A stretch of 64,000 nt of DNA, taken from contig CAWDOY010000009.1 in NCBI GenBank assembly GCA_963803975.1, positions 88,040 through 152,039 of the forward strand. Reading direction: 5' to 3'. The DNA is from an uncultured delta proteobacterium. GTDB taxonomy: Bacteria > Desulfobacterota > WTBG01 > CAIYCZ01. Positions 1-11,466 of the stretch are shown here, piece after piece. The translations under genes were made by a program, and so were the position numbers. Numbering within the stretch: position 1 is the first letter of the stretch; each line of letters begins with the position of its first letter. The notes under the pieces were generated by a model that worked only from the letters and a program-made list of their open reading frames with translations, did not search any database and had not been told where the DNA came from.

Positions 1-1068
1 ATGGGCATGTTCCAGATATCCCAGAACAACTTCCGGGGCAAGGGCCAGCAGCTTTCCCTCATGGCAAATATCGGCGGCCGCTCTTCCCGCTATGATATTT
101 CTTTTACCGAACCCTGGTGGCGCGGCACCAGGACCTCGGTCGGTTTTGACCTGTACAATACGTCCCGCTGGTACGAGGATTTCGAGCAGAGCTCAATCGG
201 GCTTAATCTTCGCATGGGTAAACCTCTTGAGCGCTTTGATTATACCCGCGTGAACTACTCCTACCGTTTTGAGCAGGTGGATATTAGTAACGTGGATAAT
301 GATGCATCCCTTGCCATCCAGGAGCAGGAGGGCACCAGCACCACCGGGGCGGTTACCGGCACCATAGTGCGCGATTCCCGGGATGACCGCTTTATAACCC
401 GCAAGGGCTCCTTTCACAGCTTTACCGCAGAGATGGCAGGCATTGCCGGATCGAACAAGTTCGTGGGACTGATAGCCAGCTCCGCCAAGTACATTCCCTG
501 GCGCTGGGATACGGTGTTTATGGTGAGGGGAACCGTGGGGTACCTGTTCGGCTATGGCGGCAAGGATGTCCCCCTCTCAGATAAGTTTTTCCTCGGAGGC
601 CTTGACTCCATGCGCGGTTTCGAGGCCCGGACCCTGGGCCCGAAGAAAAAGCGACCCGAAAAAAAAGGTCTTATCTATGTAGAGAACGGTAAACCCTATA
701 TAAACGAAGACTATGACAGGAATGATAACTATAATGATAACTATTATAATAATGACTATTATTACTATGACGACAATAAGGACTATGACACGGTGGGCGG
801 CTGCAAGGAGATATTTTTCAACTTCGAATACCAGTTCCCCATCATGAAGGAAGCGGGTATCCGCGGCGTCGTATTTACCGATATTGGCAATGCGTACCGG
901 CAGAGCGAGGGGTATCTTTCAGACCTGCGCTATGATTTCGGCGTCGGCGTCAGGTGGTTTTCGCCCTTTGGCCCGCTGCGCGTCGAGTGGGGCATAAACC
1001 CGTCCCCGATATCCAAGTATGATGAGAAGTCGAGCAACTTTGAGTTTTCCATGGGAAATACCTTTTAA
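1..1068 (+). CDS. bamA: Outer membrane protein assembly factor BamA, C-terminal beta-barrel (5' truncated by window)
   Basis: QNNFRGKGQ barrel start, FTEPW, MRGF (VRGF-type loop 6 motif), SPFGPLRVEWG, C-terminal Phe; upstream of skp-lpxD. Confidence 0.96.
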   Translation: MGMFQISQNNFRGKGQQLSLMANIGGRSSRYDISFTEPWWRGTRTSVGFDLYNTSRWYEDFEQSSIGLNLRMGKPLERFDYTRVNYSYRFEQVDISNVDNDASLAIQEQEGTSTTGAVTGTIVRDSRDDRFITRKGSFHSFTAEMAGIAGSNKFVGLIASSAKYIPWRWDTVFMVRGTVGYLFGYGGKDVPLSDKFFLGGLDSMRGFEARTLGPKKKRPEKKGLIYVENGKPYINEDYDRNDNYNDNYYNNDYYYYDDNKDYDTVGGCKEIFFNFEYQFPIMKEAGIRGVVFTDIGNAYRQSEGYLSDLRYDFGVGVRWFSPFGPLRVEWGINPSPISKYDEKSSNFEFSMGNTF

Positions 1069-1094
1069 CCCAGCAACAGGAGGATCAACGCATC

Positions 1095-1628
1095 ATGAAA
1101 AAAGCTACGGTAGTATTGGCAGCTCTGGTCATAACAGCATTCACCCTTGCCAGTGCAGGTGCATCCGACCTGAAGATCGGGTACGTGGACCTGCAGAAGG
1201 CCCTGAATGAAAGCACGGTAGGCAAAAAAGCCAAGGAAAAGTTTACGGCGGAAGTGAAGAAAGCAGAGTCTGAAATTACCCGCAAAAAAGAAGAGCTGGA
1301 ACGGCTCGGCGGCTCACTGGAAAAACAGGGCTCCATGCTCAAGGATGACGTAAAAGCGGAAAAGGAAAAAGAATTTATCCAGATGCAGAAGGAATACGAG
1401 CGTAAGGTCAAGGACTACAAGGATGAGCTGCAGATCAAGGACGCACAGCTCACCCGGGGCATACTTTCCGATCTGGTTGACATTATTAAAAAGTACGGTA
1501 AAGAAAATAGCTATACCATCGTCTTTGAGCGGAGTGAAACCGTGCTCCTCTATGCAACAGATGGTCTGGATATCACCGACAAAATTATTTCGATATACGA
1601 CTCCCAGGGCTCGTCCAAGAAAAAATAG
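1095..1628 (+). CDS. skp: Periplasmic chaperone Skp/OmpH
   Basis: Signal peptide, [11 protein letters not shown], coiled coil, DITD near C-terminus; synteny. Confidence 0.93.
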   Translation: MKKATVVLAALVITAFTLASAGASDLKIGYVDLQKALNESTVGKKAKEKFTAEVKKAESEITRKKEELERLGGSLEKQGSMLKDDVKAEKEKEFIQMQKEYERKVKDYKDELQIKDAQLTRGILSDLVDIIKKYGKENSYTIVFERSETVLLYATDGLDITDKIISIYDSQGSSKKK

Positions 1629-1648
1629 CGCGTACGCAGGGGGCATCA

Positions 1649-2692
1649 ATGGAAAAATCCCTGAAGGAACTTGCCGAGCTGGTCGGCGCAGAGGTGGCCG
1701 GCGACGGCTCGGTGCTCATCAGCGGGGTGGCAGGTATAGAGGCTGCCGGGGCCGGCCATATAAGCTTTATTGCCAACCCTAAGTATCTCAGTAAAGGGGC
1801 AGCCACCGGGGCCTCGGCAATTATCTGCAGTCCTGAAGTCGCCATTGCTGGTAAGCCGCTTCTGAAAATTGCCAACCCCTACCTCGCCTATGCGAAAATT
1901 GTACGCCTTTTTCATCCGCGGCCGCAGCAGAGCGGCGTTATAGATGAGCGGGCGATCGTCGGCACGGGCGTCCGGCTTGGCCGGAAGGTAACCCTGTATC
2001 CGTTTGTGGTGATTGGCGATGGCTGCGTTCTTGAGGACGGGGTCACCATTTACCCCCACTGCTTTCTGGGAAATAATGTTACGGTTGGGGAACAAACGCT
2101 CATCTACCCCAACGTGACGGTTCGCGAGCGCTGTATCATCGGCAAGCGGGTTATTATCCATCCGGGGACCGTGATCGGCAGCGACGGGTTCGGCTTTGCC
2201 AAAGATGGCGCAGAATATTACAAAATACCCCAGGTGGGCATAGTCCAGATTGATGATGATGTGGAAATCGGCGCCGGCAATACCATTGACCGGGCAGCCA
2301 TGGGCAGGACCTGGCTCCAGCGGGGAGTTAAAACCGACAATCTGGTGCACATCGCCCATAATGTCACGGTCGGGGAAGACTCGATTCTGGTGGCACAGGT
2401 GGGAGTTTCCGGGAGCACCAGCATTGGCAAGCGCGTAACGCTTGCCGGCCAGGTGGGTGTGGTGGGGCATATCACCATCGGCGATGATGCCATTGCGGGA
2501 GCAAAAACCGGGATATCCGGCAATGTCCCGGCCCGGCAGGTGGTGTCAGGCTACCCGCACATGCCGCACCGCGACTGGCTGAAATCCTCGCGCACCATTC
2601 CCAAACTGCCGGAAATGAGGATGACCTTGAAAAAGCTGGAAGATAAAGTAGAGCGCCTTGAATCCATGCTGCAAGAGCTCAAAGGGAGATGA
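1649..2692 (+). CDS. lpxD: UDP-3-O-acylglucosamine N-acyltransferase
   Basis: Hexapeptide repeats, [15 protein letters not shown]. Confidence 0.96.
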   Translation: MEKSLKELAELVGAEVAGDGSVLISGVAGIEAAGAGHISFIANPKYLSKGAATGASAIICSPEVAIAGKPLLKIANPYLAYAKIVRLFHPRPQQSGVIDERAIVGTGVRLGRKVTLYPFVVIGDGCVLEDGVTIYPHCFLGNNVTVGEQTLIYPNVTVRERCIIGKRVIIHPGTVIGSDGFGFAKDGAEYYKIPQVGIVQIDDDVEIGAGNTIDRAAMGRTWLQRGVKTDNLVHIAHNVTVGEDSILVAQVGVSGSTSIGKRVTLAGQVGVVGHITIGDDAIAGAKTGISGNVPARQVVSGYPHMPHRDWLKSSRTIPKLPEMRMTLKKLEDKVERLESMLQELKGR

Positions 2693-2696
2693 TTAC

Positions 2697-3170
2697 GTGT
2701 TAGACATTAAGGAAATAATGGAATACCTCCCGCACCGCTATCCGTTTCTCTTAATTGACCGGGTTCTGGAACTGGAGCCAAACAAGCGCATCGTTGCCAT
2801 TAAAAATGTAACGATTAATGAACCGTTCTTTCAGGGCCATTTCCCCGGCCAGCCCATTATGCCGGGCGTGCTGCTCATCGAAGCAATGGCCCAGGCCTGG
2901 GGGGTGCTGGCTATACGCTCAACCGGGCAAAAGGTAAAGAGTGCGGATGTACTGTTTATTGGCATCGACAAGGCCCGGTTTCGGCGGCCGGTCCTCCCGG
3001 GAGACCAGGTGCGCTTTGAGCTGGAAAGCATAGGCCTCAAACGCCAGATCTGGAAATTTCGCGGCAGGGCCCTGGTGGACGGGAACCTCGTGGCCGAAGC
3101 AGAACTTATGGCTACCATGGCTGCTACGCATATAGTGAAGGAAGAAAGCGCTCCAGGGGAGCCGGAGTAG
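2697..3170 (+). CDS. fabZ: 3-hydroxyacyl-ACP dehydratase (GTG start)
   Basis: [32 protein letters not shown]. Confidence 0.96.
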   Translation: MLDIKEIMEYLPHRYPFLLIDRVLELEPNKRIVAIKNVTINEPFFQGHFPGQPIMPGVLLIEAMAQAWGVLAIRSTGQKVKSADVLFIGIDKARFRRPVLPGDQVRFELESIGLKRQIWKFRGRALVDGNLVAEAELMATMAATHIVKEESAPGEPE

Positions 3171-3225
3171 CAACAGCACGGTGGTTACGTGTTTGCAGAG
3201 CACCGTTAATGAGACCTGAAGACCG

Positions 3226-4020
3226 ATGACACAGAAAAAACAGAGCACCATACATCAAACTGCCATCGTCAGCAAAAGCGCTGAAATCGGCGCTGGTGTT
3301 GAGATCGGGGCCTATACCCTGATCGGCGATGAGGTCCGGATTGGCAACGACACCACTGTGGGGTCCCATGTGGTGATTGAAAAGTTTACCACCATTGGCG
3401 AGCGGTGCAGAATTTTTCAGTTCTGCTCCATCGGTGAAATTCCCCAGGACCTGAAGTTCAAGGCGGATGCCCGGACCGAGCTCGTAATCGGCAATGACAA
3501 TACCTTCCGCGAGTTTGTGACTATTAACCGGGGAACTCCCGGCGGCGGCGGCAAAACAGTTCTCGGAAATAATATTTTCCTCATGGCCTACGCCCATGTG
3601 GCCCATGACTGTAGGATTGGAAATCAGGTTATCATAGCAAACTCAGCAAGCCTTGCCGGCCACATCCATATCGAGGACTGTGCCATCCTCGGCGGGCTGG
3701 TCGGCGTGCACCAGTTTGTCCATATCGGCTCCTATGCAATGATCGGCGGACTGACCGGGGTATCAAAAGATGTGCCCCCGTACATGATGGCGGTCGGCGA
3801 GCGCGCCAAGCTCTATGGTATCAACCTCACCGGACTGAAGCGGCGCGGGTTTTCTGAGGATTCTATCAGGGAGCTGAAAACAGCCTATAGGATTATTTTT
3901 CGCTCAGGGCTTACCCTCAGCAAAGCATTTGAAAAGATTGCGGAAGAAAACCTCACCACCCCCGAAGTCCAGCACCTTGTTTCCTTTATCAAAAATTCAG
4001 AGCGGGGTATCATCCGGTAG
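3226..4020 (+). CDS. lpxA: UDP-N-acetylglucosamine acyltransferase
   Basis: Hexapeptide repeats, PQDLKF, MAYAHVAHDC, VHQF. Confidence 0.96.
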   Translation: MTQKKQSTIHQTAIVSKSAEIGAGVEIGAYTLIGDEVRIGNDTTVGSHVVIEKFTTIGERCRIFQFCSIGEIPQDLKFKADARTELVIGNDNTFREFVTINRGTPGGGGKTVLGNNIFLMAYAHVAHDCRIGNQVIIANSASLAGHIHIEDCAILGGLVGVHQFVHIGSYAMIGGLTGVSKDVPPYMMAVGERAKLYGINLTGLKRRGFSEDSIRELKTAYRIIFRSGLTLSKAFEKIAEENLTTPEVQHLVSFIKNSERGIIR

Positions 4021-4974
4021 ATGGCGGCAATAAAAGCCGGCGTCATCGGCGTCGGCTATCTGGGTAAATTTCATGCTGAAAAGTACGCCAACTCACCCGA
4101 CGCAGAGCTGGTCGGCGTGGTGGATACGGATCAGGACCGCAGCCGTGAGATAGCAGCGCGCTACGGCGTGCAGGCCTGCACTGACTACCGGGACCTGTTC
4201 GGCAGGGTTCAGGCGGTGAGCATCGTCGTTCCGACCCCGCTGCACCATGCTATAGCGCGGGAGTGTCTGCAGCAGGGGATTGACGTGCTCCTGGAAAAGC
4301 CCATGACCACAACCCTTGCCGAGGCGGATGAGCTGATCGAGATTGCCCGGTCAAAACAGCTCGTACTGCAGGTTGGTCACCTTGAGCGCTTTAACGCAGC
4401 CCTGCTCGCCATCAAGGATGTTCTGAAAAAGCCGCTGTTTATCGAGTCGCACCGCATTGCGCCGTTTAAGGAGCGCGGCATAGAGGTTGATGTTATCCTT
4501 GATCTCATGATTCACGATATCGACATTATTTTAAACCTGGTTAATGCGCCGGTCACGCACATCAATGCCGTCGGGGTTCCCATCCTGACCTCAAAAAACG
4601 ACATCGCTAATGTCCGGCTGCAGTTTGCCACCGGCTGTATTGCCAATGTGACGGCAAGCAGGATATCTGTCAAGGAGATGCGAAAAATCCGCCTCTTTCA
4701 GAATGATGCCTACCTGTCAATAGACTTTGCCGCCCAGGCAGTGGAGGTGTTCAGAAAACTGCCCAGCGCAGAAAGCGACGGCATGCCGAACATTACCTAT
4801 GACCGGATTGAGATTGAGCAGGGAGACTCGCTGGAGCAGGAAATAAAAGCGTTTCTCAAGGCGGTGCGCAACCGCGAGCAGCCGGAAGTTCCCGGCGAGG
4901 CCGGGCGCAACGCCCTCAAAGTCGCGCTCGAGATTGTTGAGCAGATACAGGCCAGCCAGGCTGCCATTAACTAA
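4021..4974 (+). CDS. gnnA: Gfo/Idh/MocA oxidoreductase, probable UDP-GlcNAc 3-dehydrogenase (GnnA-like)
   Basis: GVGYLG Rossmann motif, LEKP, VGHLERFN, DLMIHDID; located between lpxA and lpxB. Confidence 0.75.
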   Translation: MAAIKAGVIGVGYLGKFHAEKYANSPDAELVGVVDTDQDRSREIAARYGVQACTDYRDLFGRVQAVSIVVPTPLHHAIARECLQQGIDVLLEKPMTTTLAEADELIEIARSKQLVLQVGHLERFNAALLAIKDVLKKPLFIESHRIAPFKERGIEVDVILDLMIHDIDIILNLVNAPVTHINAVGVPILTSKNDIANVRLQFATGCIANVTASRISVKEMRKIRLFQNDAYLSIDFAAQAVEVFRKLPSAESDGMPNITYDRIEIEQGDSLEQEIKAFLKAVRNREQPEVPGEAGRNALKVALEIVEQIQASQAAIN

Positions 4975-5095
4975 ATCATTGCTGCGAGTGCTATAATCAG
5001 CTATTGTAAAACCTTAGCTTACGGGCTATGGTTTTTTTGTTTTTCAGGATACTATCATTACCCCTGAAACAGATTTTCATTGCAGTTAATCGGAA

Positions 5096-6290
5096 ATGTC
5101 TCAAACCACTTCCCCCGGCACCATAGCGGCTGGTTCCAAAAAGATTCTCCTGGTTGCGGGAGAGGCTTCCGCTGACCTCCATGGTTCGCATGTGGTGCGT
5201 GAGCTGAAAAGGATTGATCCCTCAGTTCATCTGTACGGCATCGGTGGCGACGAGCTGCGCCGGGCAGGCATGGAGATTCTTTTTGATGCCCGGGACCTTT
5301 CTGTGGTAGGGATTGTTGAGGTCGTCTCCCGCCTGCCGCACATCAGAAAGGTCTTCAATACGCTCAAGCAGCAGATTGAAGAGGCGCCGCCGGGGCTTCT
5401 TAATCCTGCTTGATTACCCGGACTTTAACCTGCGCCTGGCTGCAGTTGCGAAAAAGCATAAGGTGCCGGTTCTCTACTATATCAGCCCGCAGATCTGGGC
5501 GTGGCGGCAGGGGCGGGTAAAAAAGATCGCGCGTATTGTGGACCAGATGGCAGTGGTCTTCCCGTTTGAGGTGCCGCTGTATGAAAAAGAAGGGGTGCCG
5601 GTGCAGTTTGTCGGCCACCCCCTGCTGGATCGGGAAATCCCGGCGTTTGACAGTGCCGGCAGCCTGGAGGCGTTTGGCATGAAACCGGGCTGGCCGGTGA
5701 TCGGCCTGCTGCCGGGAAGCAGGAAATCTGAAATCGAGCGGCTGCTGCCGGTTATGCTTGCTGCAGCACAACGCATCCAAAAAGAGTACCCGATGGCGCA
5801 GTTTATCATCCCGGTTGCTCCCGGCATCCGCAGAGAAGAAATAGCAACATGGGTTGCGCAGAAAAATGTTCCGGTCACAGTGGTGGAAAACCAGCTCCAC
5901 CGGGCCCTGCAGGTCTGCAGCCTGGTGCTGGTGGCATCGGGCACCGCAACCCTTGAAACAGCGCTGATGAAAAAACCGATGATCATCCTGTATAAGATTT
6001 CTTTTCTTACCTATCTTATCGGGCGCCTCATGATCCGCGTGCCCTGCATCGGGCTGGCAAATATAGTTGCCGGCACGCAGGTGGTGCCGGAGCTGATCCA
6101 GGCAGATGCATCAGCGCAGCGCATTGCCGGGGAAGCCCTGGCCCTGCTTAAGAGCCCTGAGCGCCTGGCTGCCATGGAAAGGGACCTGGGGCGGATCCGG
6201 GAACGGCTCGGCGCACCGGGAGCATCGGCACGGGTGGCCCGCATTGCCTATGACATGCTCAGTAAAGGCCATAATGCAGTTAGGCGTTAA
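5096..6290 (+). CDS. lpxB: Lipid-A-disaccharide synthase; +1 frameshift near 5402, probably sequencing error
   Basis: VAGEASAD, DYPDFN, YISPQIWAWR, LLPGSRKSE split over two ORFs. Confidence 0.93.
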
Positions 6291-6351
6291 GCTTTCAGCA
6301 AAAACAACTTGAGCTGAACGCTGACTGGCTGAACGCTGAACATCATATAGT

Positions 6352-8115
6352 ATGCTCAAAGAAAGCGTTAACCTCTATATTCGTCTGTTTCAGTTTGTAA
6401 AACCTCACTGGCGCATGCTGCTGCTGGCAGGGATCTGCATGCTGCCCCTGGCCCTGTCATCAGCAGGCCTTGCCTACCTGGTAAAGCCGGCACTCGATGA
6501 TATCTTTTTTAAAAAAAACCTCACCATGCTGCGCATGGTACCGCTGGCGATCATAATCCTTTACGCCATCAGGGGCGTTTTTGATTACAGCCATGCCTAT
6601 TTTATGGGCTTTGTCGGCAACCGCATTATCGCAGATATCCGGGAGAAGGTGTACGTTCACCTGCAGAGCCTGTCGCTTTCGTTCTTTGCCAAAAATCCCA
6701 CCGGCGTGCTGATGGCGCGCATTACCAACGATGTCAACATCCTCCAGGCATCTATTTCCAATGTCATTATCAGCTTCTTTAAAGATCTGTTCACCATCGC
6801 CGGCCTGGTGGGCGTGCTCTTTTACCAGGACTGGAAGCTTGCCTGCATTGCATTCCTCATTATGCCCTGGGTCCTCATCCCGATTCAGCGCTTTGGCAAA
6901 AAGAGCAGACGGTTCAGTACCCGCGGCCAGGAAAAGGTCGGCAAAATTGCCACGCTGCTGCATGAAGCCATCACCGGGTGCCGCATCGTGAAAGCATTCG
7001 GCATGGAAGACTACGAGGCGCAGCGCTTTTCTGAGGAAAATTTCCGGCTCTTCAGAATCCGCCTCAAACGGCTGCGCATCAGGGCCCTCTCCTCCCCGCT
7101 CATGGAGCTCATCGGCGGCATTGCCGGTGCTGCGGTCGTATTTTACGGCGGCTACAGCGTGATCAAGGGAACGTCAACGCCGGGCACATTTTTCTCCTTT
7201 GTGACCGCGCTGCTGCTGCTCTATGACCCGGTGAGAAATTTAAGCACGTCCTACCAGGACATCCAGGAGGGGCTGGCAGGTGCGGTGAGGGTTTTTCAGG
7301 TGCTTGACAGCGTGCCGGAGATACAAGACAAGGAAGGCGCGCTGGCACTGCCCCCGGTACAAGGCGCAGTCAGCTTTCGCAGCGTCAGCTTTGGGTATGA
7401 CCAGCATCTGGTGCTGCATGACATCGGGCTTGAGGTACGGCCGGGAGAAATTATCGCCATCGTCGGCACGACCGGCGCGGGAAAAACCACCCTGGTAAAC
7501 CTCATCCCGCGCTTCTATGATGTTACCCGTGGCGCCATTGTCATAGACGGCTTTGATATACGAGATATTACCATGCGCTCGCTCCGGTCGCAGATTGCCC
7601 TGGTCAGCCAGCAGACCATCCTGTTTAACGACACCGTGCGCAGCAACATCGCCTACGGTAACACTGCTCCGCCGGAGGATAAAATTATTGAAGCTGCCCG
7701 CGCTGCCCATGCCAGCGACTTTATTGGCGAGCTTCCCGAAGGATATGACACCATTATCGGGGAGGCGGGGGTGAAGCTCTCCGGCGGCCAGCGCCAGCGC
7801 ATGGCTATTGCCCGGGCGCTGTTTAAGAATGCCCCCATCCTGATACTTGATGAGGCGACCTCCGCGCTTGACAGCAAGTCCGAGGAGGAGGTGCAGCTGG
7901 CGCTGGAAAACCTCATGAAAAACCGCACCACCTTCATTGTTGCCCATCGCCTGTCCACCATTCGCAAGGCGCACCGGATTGTGGTGCTGTCCCACGGCAG
8001 AATCGTTGAGCAGGGAACCCACGATGAGCTCTTCAGCCGGGGCGGAGAATACCAGAAGCTCTATGCCTACTATTTCCAGGAACAGGTGAAAAAGCCTCTT
8101 ATTGGGAACGCTTGA
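6352..8115 (+). CDS. msbA: Lipid A export ABC transporter MsbA
   Basis: TM domain + Walker A GTTGAGKT, LSGGQRQR, ILDEATSALD; synteny. Confidence 0.92.
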   Translation: MLKESVNLYIRLFQFVKPHWRMLLLAGICMLPLALSSAGLAYLVKPALDDIFFKKNLTMLRMVPLAIIILYAIRGVFDYSHAYFMGFVGNRIIADIREKVYVHLQSLSLSFFAKNPTGVLMARITNDVNILQASISNVIISFFKDLFTIAGLVGVLFYQDWKLACIAFLIMPWVLIPIQRFGKKSRRFSTRGQEKVGKIATLLHEAITGCRIVKAFGMEDYEAQRFSEENFRLFRIRLKRLRIRALSSPLMELIGGIAGAAVVFYGGYSVIKGTSTPGTFFSFVTALLLLYDPVRNLSTSYQDIQEGLAGAVRVFQVLDSVPEIQDKEGALALPPVQGAVSFRSVSFGYDQHLVLHDIGLEVRPGEIIAIVGTTGAGKTTLVNLIPRFYDVTRGAIVIDGFDIRDITMRSLRSQIALVSQQTILFNDTVRSNIAYGNTAPPEDKIIEAARAAHASDFIGELPEGYDTIIGEAGVKLSGGQRQRMAIARALFKNAPILILDEATSALDSKSEEEVQLALENLMKNRTTFIVAHRLSTIRKAHRIVVLSHGRIVEQGTHDELFSRGGEYQKLYAYYFQEQVKKPLIGNA

Positions 8116-9455
8116 GGGAGCTGCCGCGCATGTATATACTATATAACAGCATGCTCTATCTGGTGACGATTCTCTTTCTGCCCCTGTTTATCCTGCTGCT
8201 CATTATCAACAAGCGCTATCGTGACGGACTGCTGCAGAAACTCGGGGTTATCCGCTGGAACGATGTGAGCGCATTCAGCGGCAGCCGCCCGGTCTGGGTG
8301 CACGCGGTATCAGTCGGTGAAGTGATGGCGGCGCTGCCCCTGGTGAGGGAGCTGAAGCGCGCTTTTCCCCGGCAGCCCATCCTGCTGTCCACTGCCACCG
8401 CAACCGGGAAAGCTACTGCAGAGCGCAGCTCACAGTTTATAGACCGCGTTATTTTTTTTCCTTTTGACTATCCCTGGTGCAGCCGGCTCTTTATTTCCCG
8501 GTTTCAGCCGCTTGCCTTTATCGCCCTTGAAACCGAGCTGTGGCCCAATTTCCTGCGGGAGCTTAACCGGCGAAACATTCCCGCAGTGATGGTGAGCGGC
8601 CGAATCTCCAGCCGCTCATTCCCCCGCTACCGGATGTTTAAGTTTTTCTTCCAGCGGGTGCTGGCGAACCTGACCTGCTGCTGCATGCAGTCTTCCGCTG
8701 ACGCGCAGCGCCTCATTGAGCTGGGAGCTGAGCCGGCCGCGGTGCGGGTCACGGGAAATCTCAAGTTCGATCAGGCGCTGCCTGAGGTGAGCCGCGAGCT
8801 TACGGAAAAGCTCTGCCGCGACCTTAACCTGAAACCGGAGCAGCCGGTCTTTATCGCCGGCAGCACGCACAAGGGTGAGGAAGAGATCATCCTTGCCGCT
8901 TTCCGCGAGCTGAAAAAAAATTTCTCCGGGCTGGTTCTTATCCTTGCCCCGCGCCATCCCGGCCGGTTTGACGAGGTGGCGGCCCTGATACAGGAGACAG
9001 GGATGCCCTTCAGCAGAAAAACCGCTCTCAGCGCTGCTGCTGCGGGGCCCGGTGATGTGATCCTGCTTGATACCATCGGCGAGCTGGCAACCCTGTACAG
9101 CATCGCAACCATAGTCTTTATCGGCGGCAGCCTCGTGCCGGTGGGCGGGCACAATCTGCTTGAGGCTGCGGTATTTAAAAAGCCGGTGCTGTTCGGGCCG
9201 CACATGGACAGCTGCGCTGAGATCGCCGACGCTTTGCAGCACAATGGCGGCGGGATAGAGGTGGCGGATCAGGCAGGGCTCATTAAACAGGCCCGGCTGC
9301 TTCTTTCTGACCGGGGTTTGCGGGAATCAGCAGGGGCTCACGCATACCAGGTTATCGCGGACAACAGCGGCGCCCTGCAGAAAAGCATGGACGTTCTGAA
9401 GCCGATTATCGAGCAGCAGGCAGCGCGCGCCAGCTCTGCGCCGCATACACCATAA
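8112..9455 (+). CDS. waaA: Kdo transferase
   Basis: WVHAVSVGE, ETELWPN, GNLKFD, LAPRHP, GGHNLLE. Confidence 0.95.
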   Translation: MRELPRMYILYNSMLYLVTILFLPLFILLLIINKRYRDGLLQKLGVIRWNDVSAFSGSRPVWVHAVSVGEVMAALPLVRELKRAFPRQPILLSTATATGKATAERSSQFIDRVIFFPFDYPWCSRLFISRFQPLAFIALETELWPNFLRELNRRNIPAVMVSGRISSRSFPRYRMFKFFFQRVLANLTCCCMQSSADAQRLIELGAEPAAVRVTGNLKFDQALPEVSRELTEKLCRDLNLKPEQPVFIAGSTHKGEEEIILAAFRELKKNFSGLVLILAPRHPGRFDEVAALIQETGMPFSRKTALSAAAAGPGDVILLDTIGELATLYSIATIVFIGGSLVPVGGHNLLEAAVFKKPVLFGPHMDSCAEIADALQHNGGGIEVADQAGLIKQARLLLSDRGLRESAGAHAYQVIADNSGALQKSMDVLKPIIEQQAARASSAPHTP

Positions 9456-9483
9456 AACCGGGACAGCTCTTTCAGCATTGCAC

Positions 9484-10599
9484 ATGAACATACGATCATC
9501 TATTGAGCAGCTCATCACCATGCAAAAGCCGGGAGCACTACTCAGCCTCGCGCTCGTTCCGCTCGCCTGCGCTTCCTATATCTTTCAAGGCGTGGTCTGG
9601 CTGCGCCGGTTGCTCTACGAAAAAGAAATTTTTAAGAGCTATCGCCTGCCCTGCCCGGTCTTGAGCATTGGCAATATCACGGTTGGCGGCACCGGGAAGA
9701 CGCCGGCGGTATATCATATCGCCCGGCACTTGAAAGATGCGGGTTACCGGGTGGCAATACTCTGCAGGGGCTACCGTGCACAGGACCCGGGCCAGGGCCT
9801 GGTGGTCGCGGACGGCAGCCGCGTGCTGGCAGGGCCGGAACAGGCAGGCGATGAGCCATTCATGCTGGCGCAAAAGCTTCGCGATGTGCCGGTGCTCGCG
9901 GGCAGAGACCGGGTTTCCCTGGGCCAGCGGGCAGTGCGTGATTTTGCCGCTCAGGTTATTATTATTGATGACGGATTTCATTATTTCCGGCTACAGCGCG
10001 ACCTTGACATCGTGCTCATCAATTCCCGCAACCCTTTTGGCAACGGCTATCTCCTGCCGCGCGGAACCCTGCGGGAGCCGATCTCATCAATAGGGCGTGC
10101 CCGGCTCATCATGCTCAGCAAGGTTGACCAGACAACCAATGCAGCCGGGCTGGAAAAAACCATACAGAAGTATAATCCGCGAGCCCCCATCTTTAACGCC
10201 TCGCTTCAGGCGCAGGCTTTCAGGAGCACGGCAAACGATGAGACACTGTCTCTTGCGGCGCTTCAAGGGCAAGCGGGCAACAGCAGTCTGCAGCATAGGT
10301 GACCCGGACATCCTTTTTCTCCCTGCTCGAATCACTCGGCGTAACCATAACCGCGCGGCTCGCCTTCCCCGACCACCACTGGTACGATGAGGCTGATTAC
10401 CGGGTGATTAACCAATCCGGGGGCAATGCGGATTTTATTATTACTACTGAAAAAGATATTGCCAAACTGGATGAAACTATGTTAGGTAAGCGTAAAATTC
10501 TTTGCTCTGCAAACCAGGATGCAGGTTGCCGGGGAAGAGCAGTTTTTTAAAACAATCCGCGCCTGTGTGGCTGAGCTGATTACTGCAGAACAACACTAA
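9484..10599 (+). CDS. lpxK: Tetraacyldisaccharide 4'-kinase; frameshifts near 10270-10300 and 10505
   Basis: GNITVGGTGKTP, GDEP, DDGFH, LLPRGTLRE, then FPDHH and TTEKD in a shifted frame. Confidence 0.92.
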
Positions 10600-10620
10600 T
10601 CATCAGGAAAGGGGTACGCG

Positions 10621-11217
10621 ATGAGACAAAGGACTGGAACCGCAATCTTATTACTGGCACTGCTGGGCCTTCTATGGGCCTGCCCCTCACTGCAGGCAGC
10701 AGATGAAGGGCCGCTTTCCGCAAAGGGAACAAAACAGCTCGGTGTTAATATCGGCTACGGCTATTCGTTCAGCTCCAACGAGTGATATCCGCTTTGCACC
10801 GGTGTCTCCTTATTTCGGCTATGTATTCACTGACCCGGTCGGCACGGGCTGGTACCGGGGCACCGGCGAGTGCATCGTAGAGGGTGATTTCAATTATGTA
10901 TTTAAACACCAGAAGCGCTATGCCGCCGGCATTACCCTGATGGGGCGCTATAATCTGCTGTCAAAGCATGAAAGCTGGCGGCCCTATGTGCAGGCCGGGT
11001 TCGGCATGGTCGGCACCAACCTTTCGATGCGCGACTTCGGCGTCGGATTTCAACTTTTCCTCCAATGTCGGTGCCGGCATCCAGTATTTCTGGAACCCCT
11101 GCAATGCAGTAAATTTTGAATGGCGCTTCAAGCATATCTCCAATGCCGGCACTTGATGATGATAATGACGGGCTCAACATGAGCATACTGATGGTGGGAT
11201 ATTCCCATACCTTTTGA
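10621..11217 (+). CDS. pagL: PagL-family lipid A deacylase (acyloxyacyl hydrolase) beta-barrel; several frameshifts
   Basis: Signal peptide; reconstructed PYVQAGFG...FNFSSNVGAG...FKHISNAG...NDGLN, C-terminal Phe. Confidence 0.8.
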
Positions 11218-11253
11218 TAAGAAATTATTCATAGCTGAATTTAGTGAAGCACA

Positions 11254-11286
11254 GGGGATTCACAATACGGGTGAATCCCTTTTTTT
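11254..11286 (+). terminator. Intrinsic terminator of the lipid A operon
   Basis: GGGATTCAC-loop-GTGAATCCC followed by a T run. Confidence 0.8.
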
Positions 11287-11299
11287 GCAGACGATACTA

Positions 11300-11448
11300 A
11301 GGTTGTTGAAAAAATAATCTTTTCCAGGCTGGTCAAAAACATCCAGATGCAAGGCGCGCGAAATCCTGAGGAATGAGGCGTACTGTACCGTACGTCGCAA
11401 TGACGAAGGATGAGCGCAACGCAGCAGATGGGTTTTTTCAACAGCCTG
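11300..11448 (+). repeat. Palindromic MITE-like repeat family A, copy 1
   Basis: GGTTGTTGAAAAA/GGCTGGTCAAAAA ... TTTTTCAACAGCC; close match to 27478-27626 and 39332-39480. Confidence 0.9.
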
Positions 11449-11466
11449 CTGTAACCCGGACGGTTC

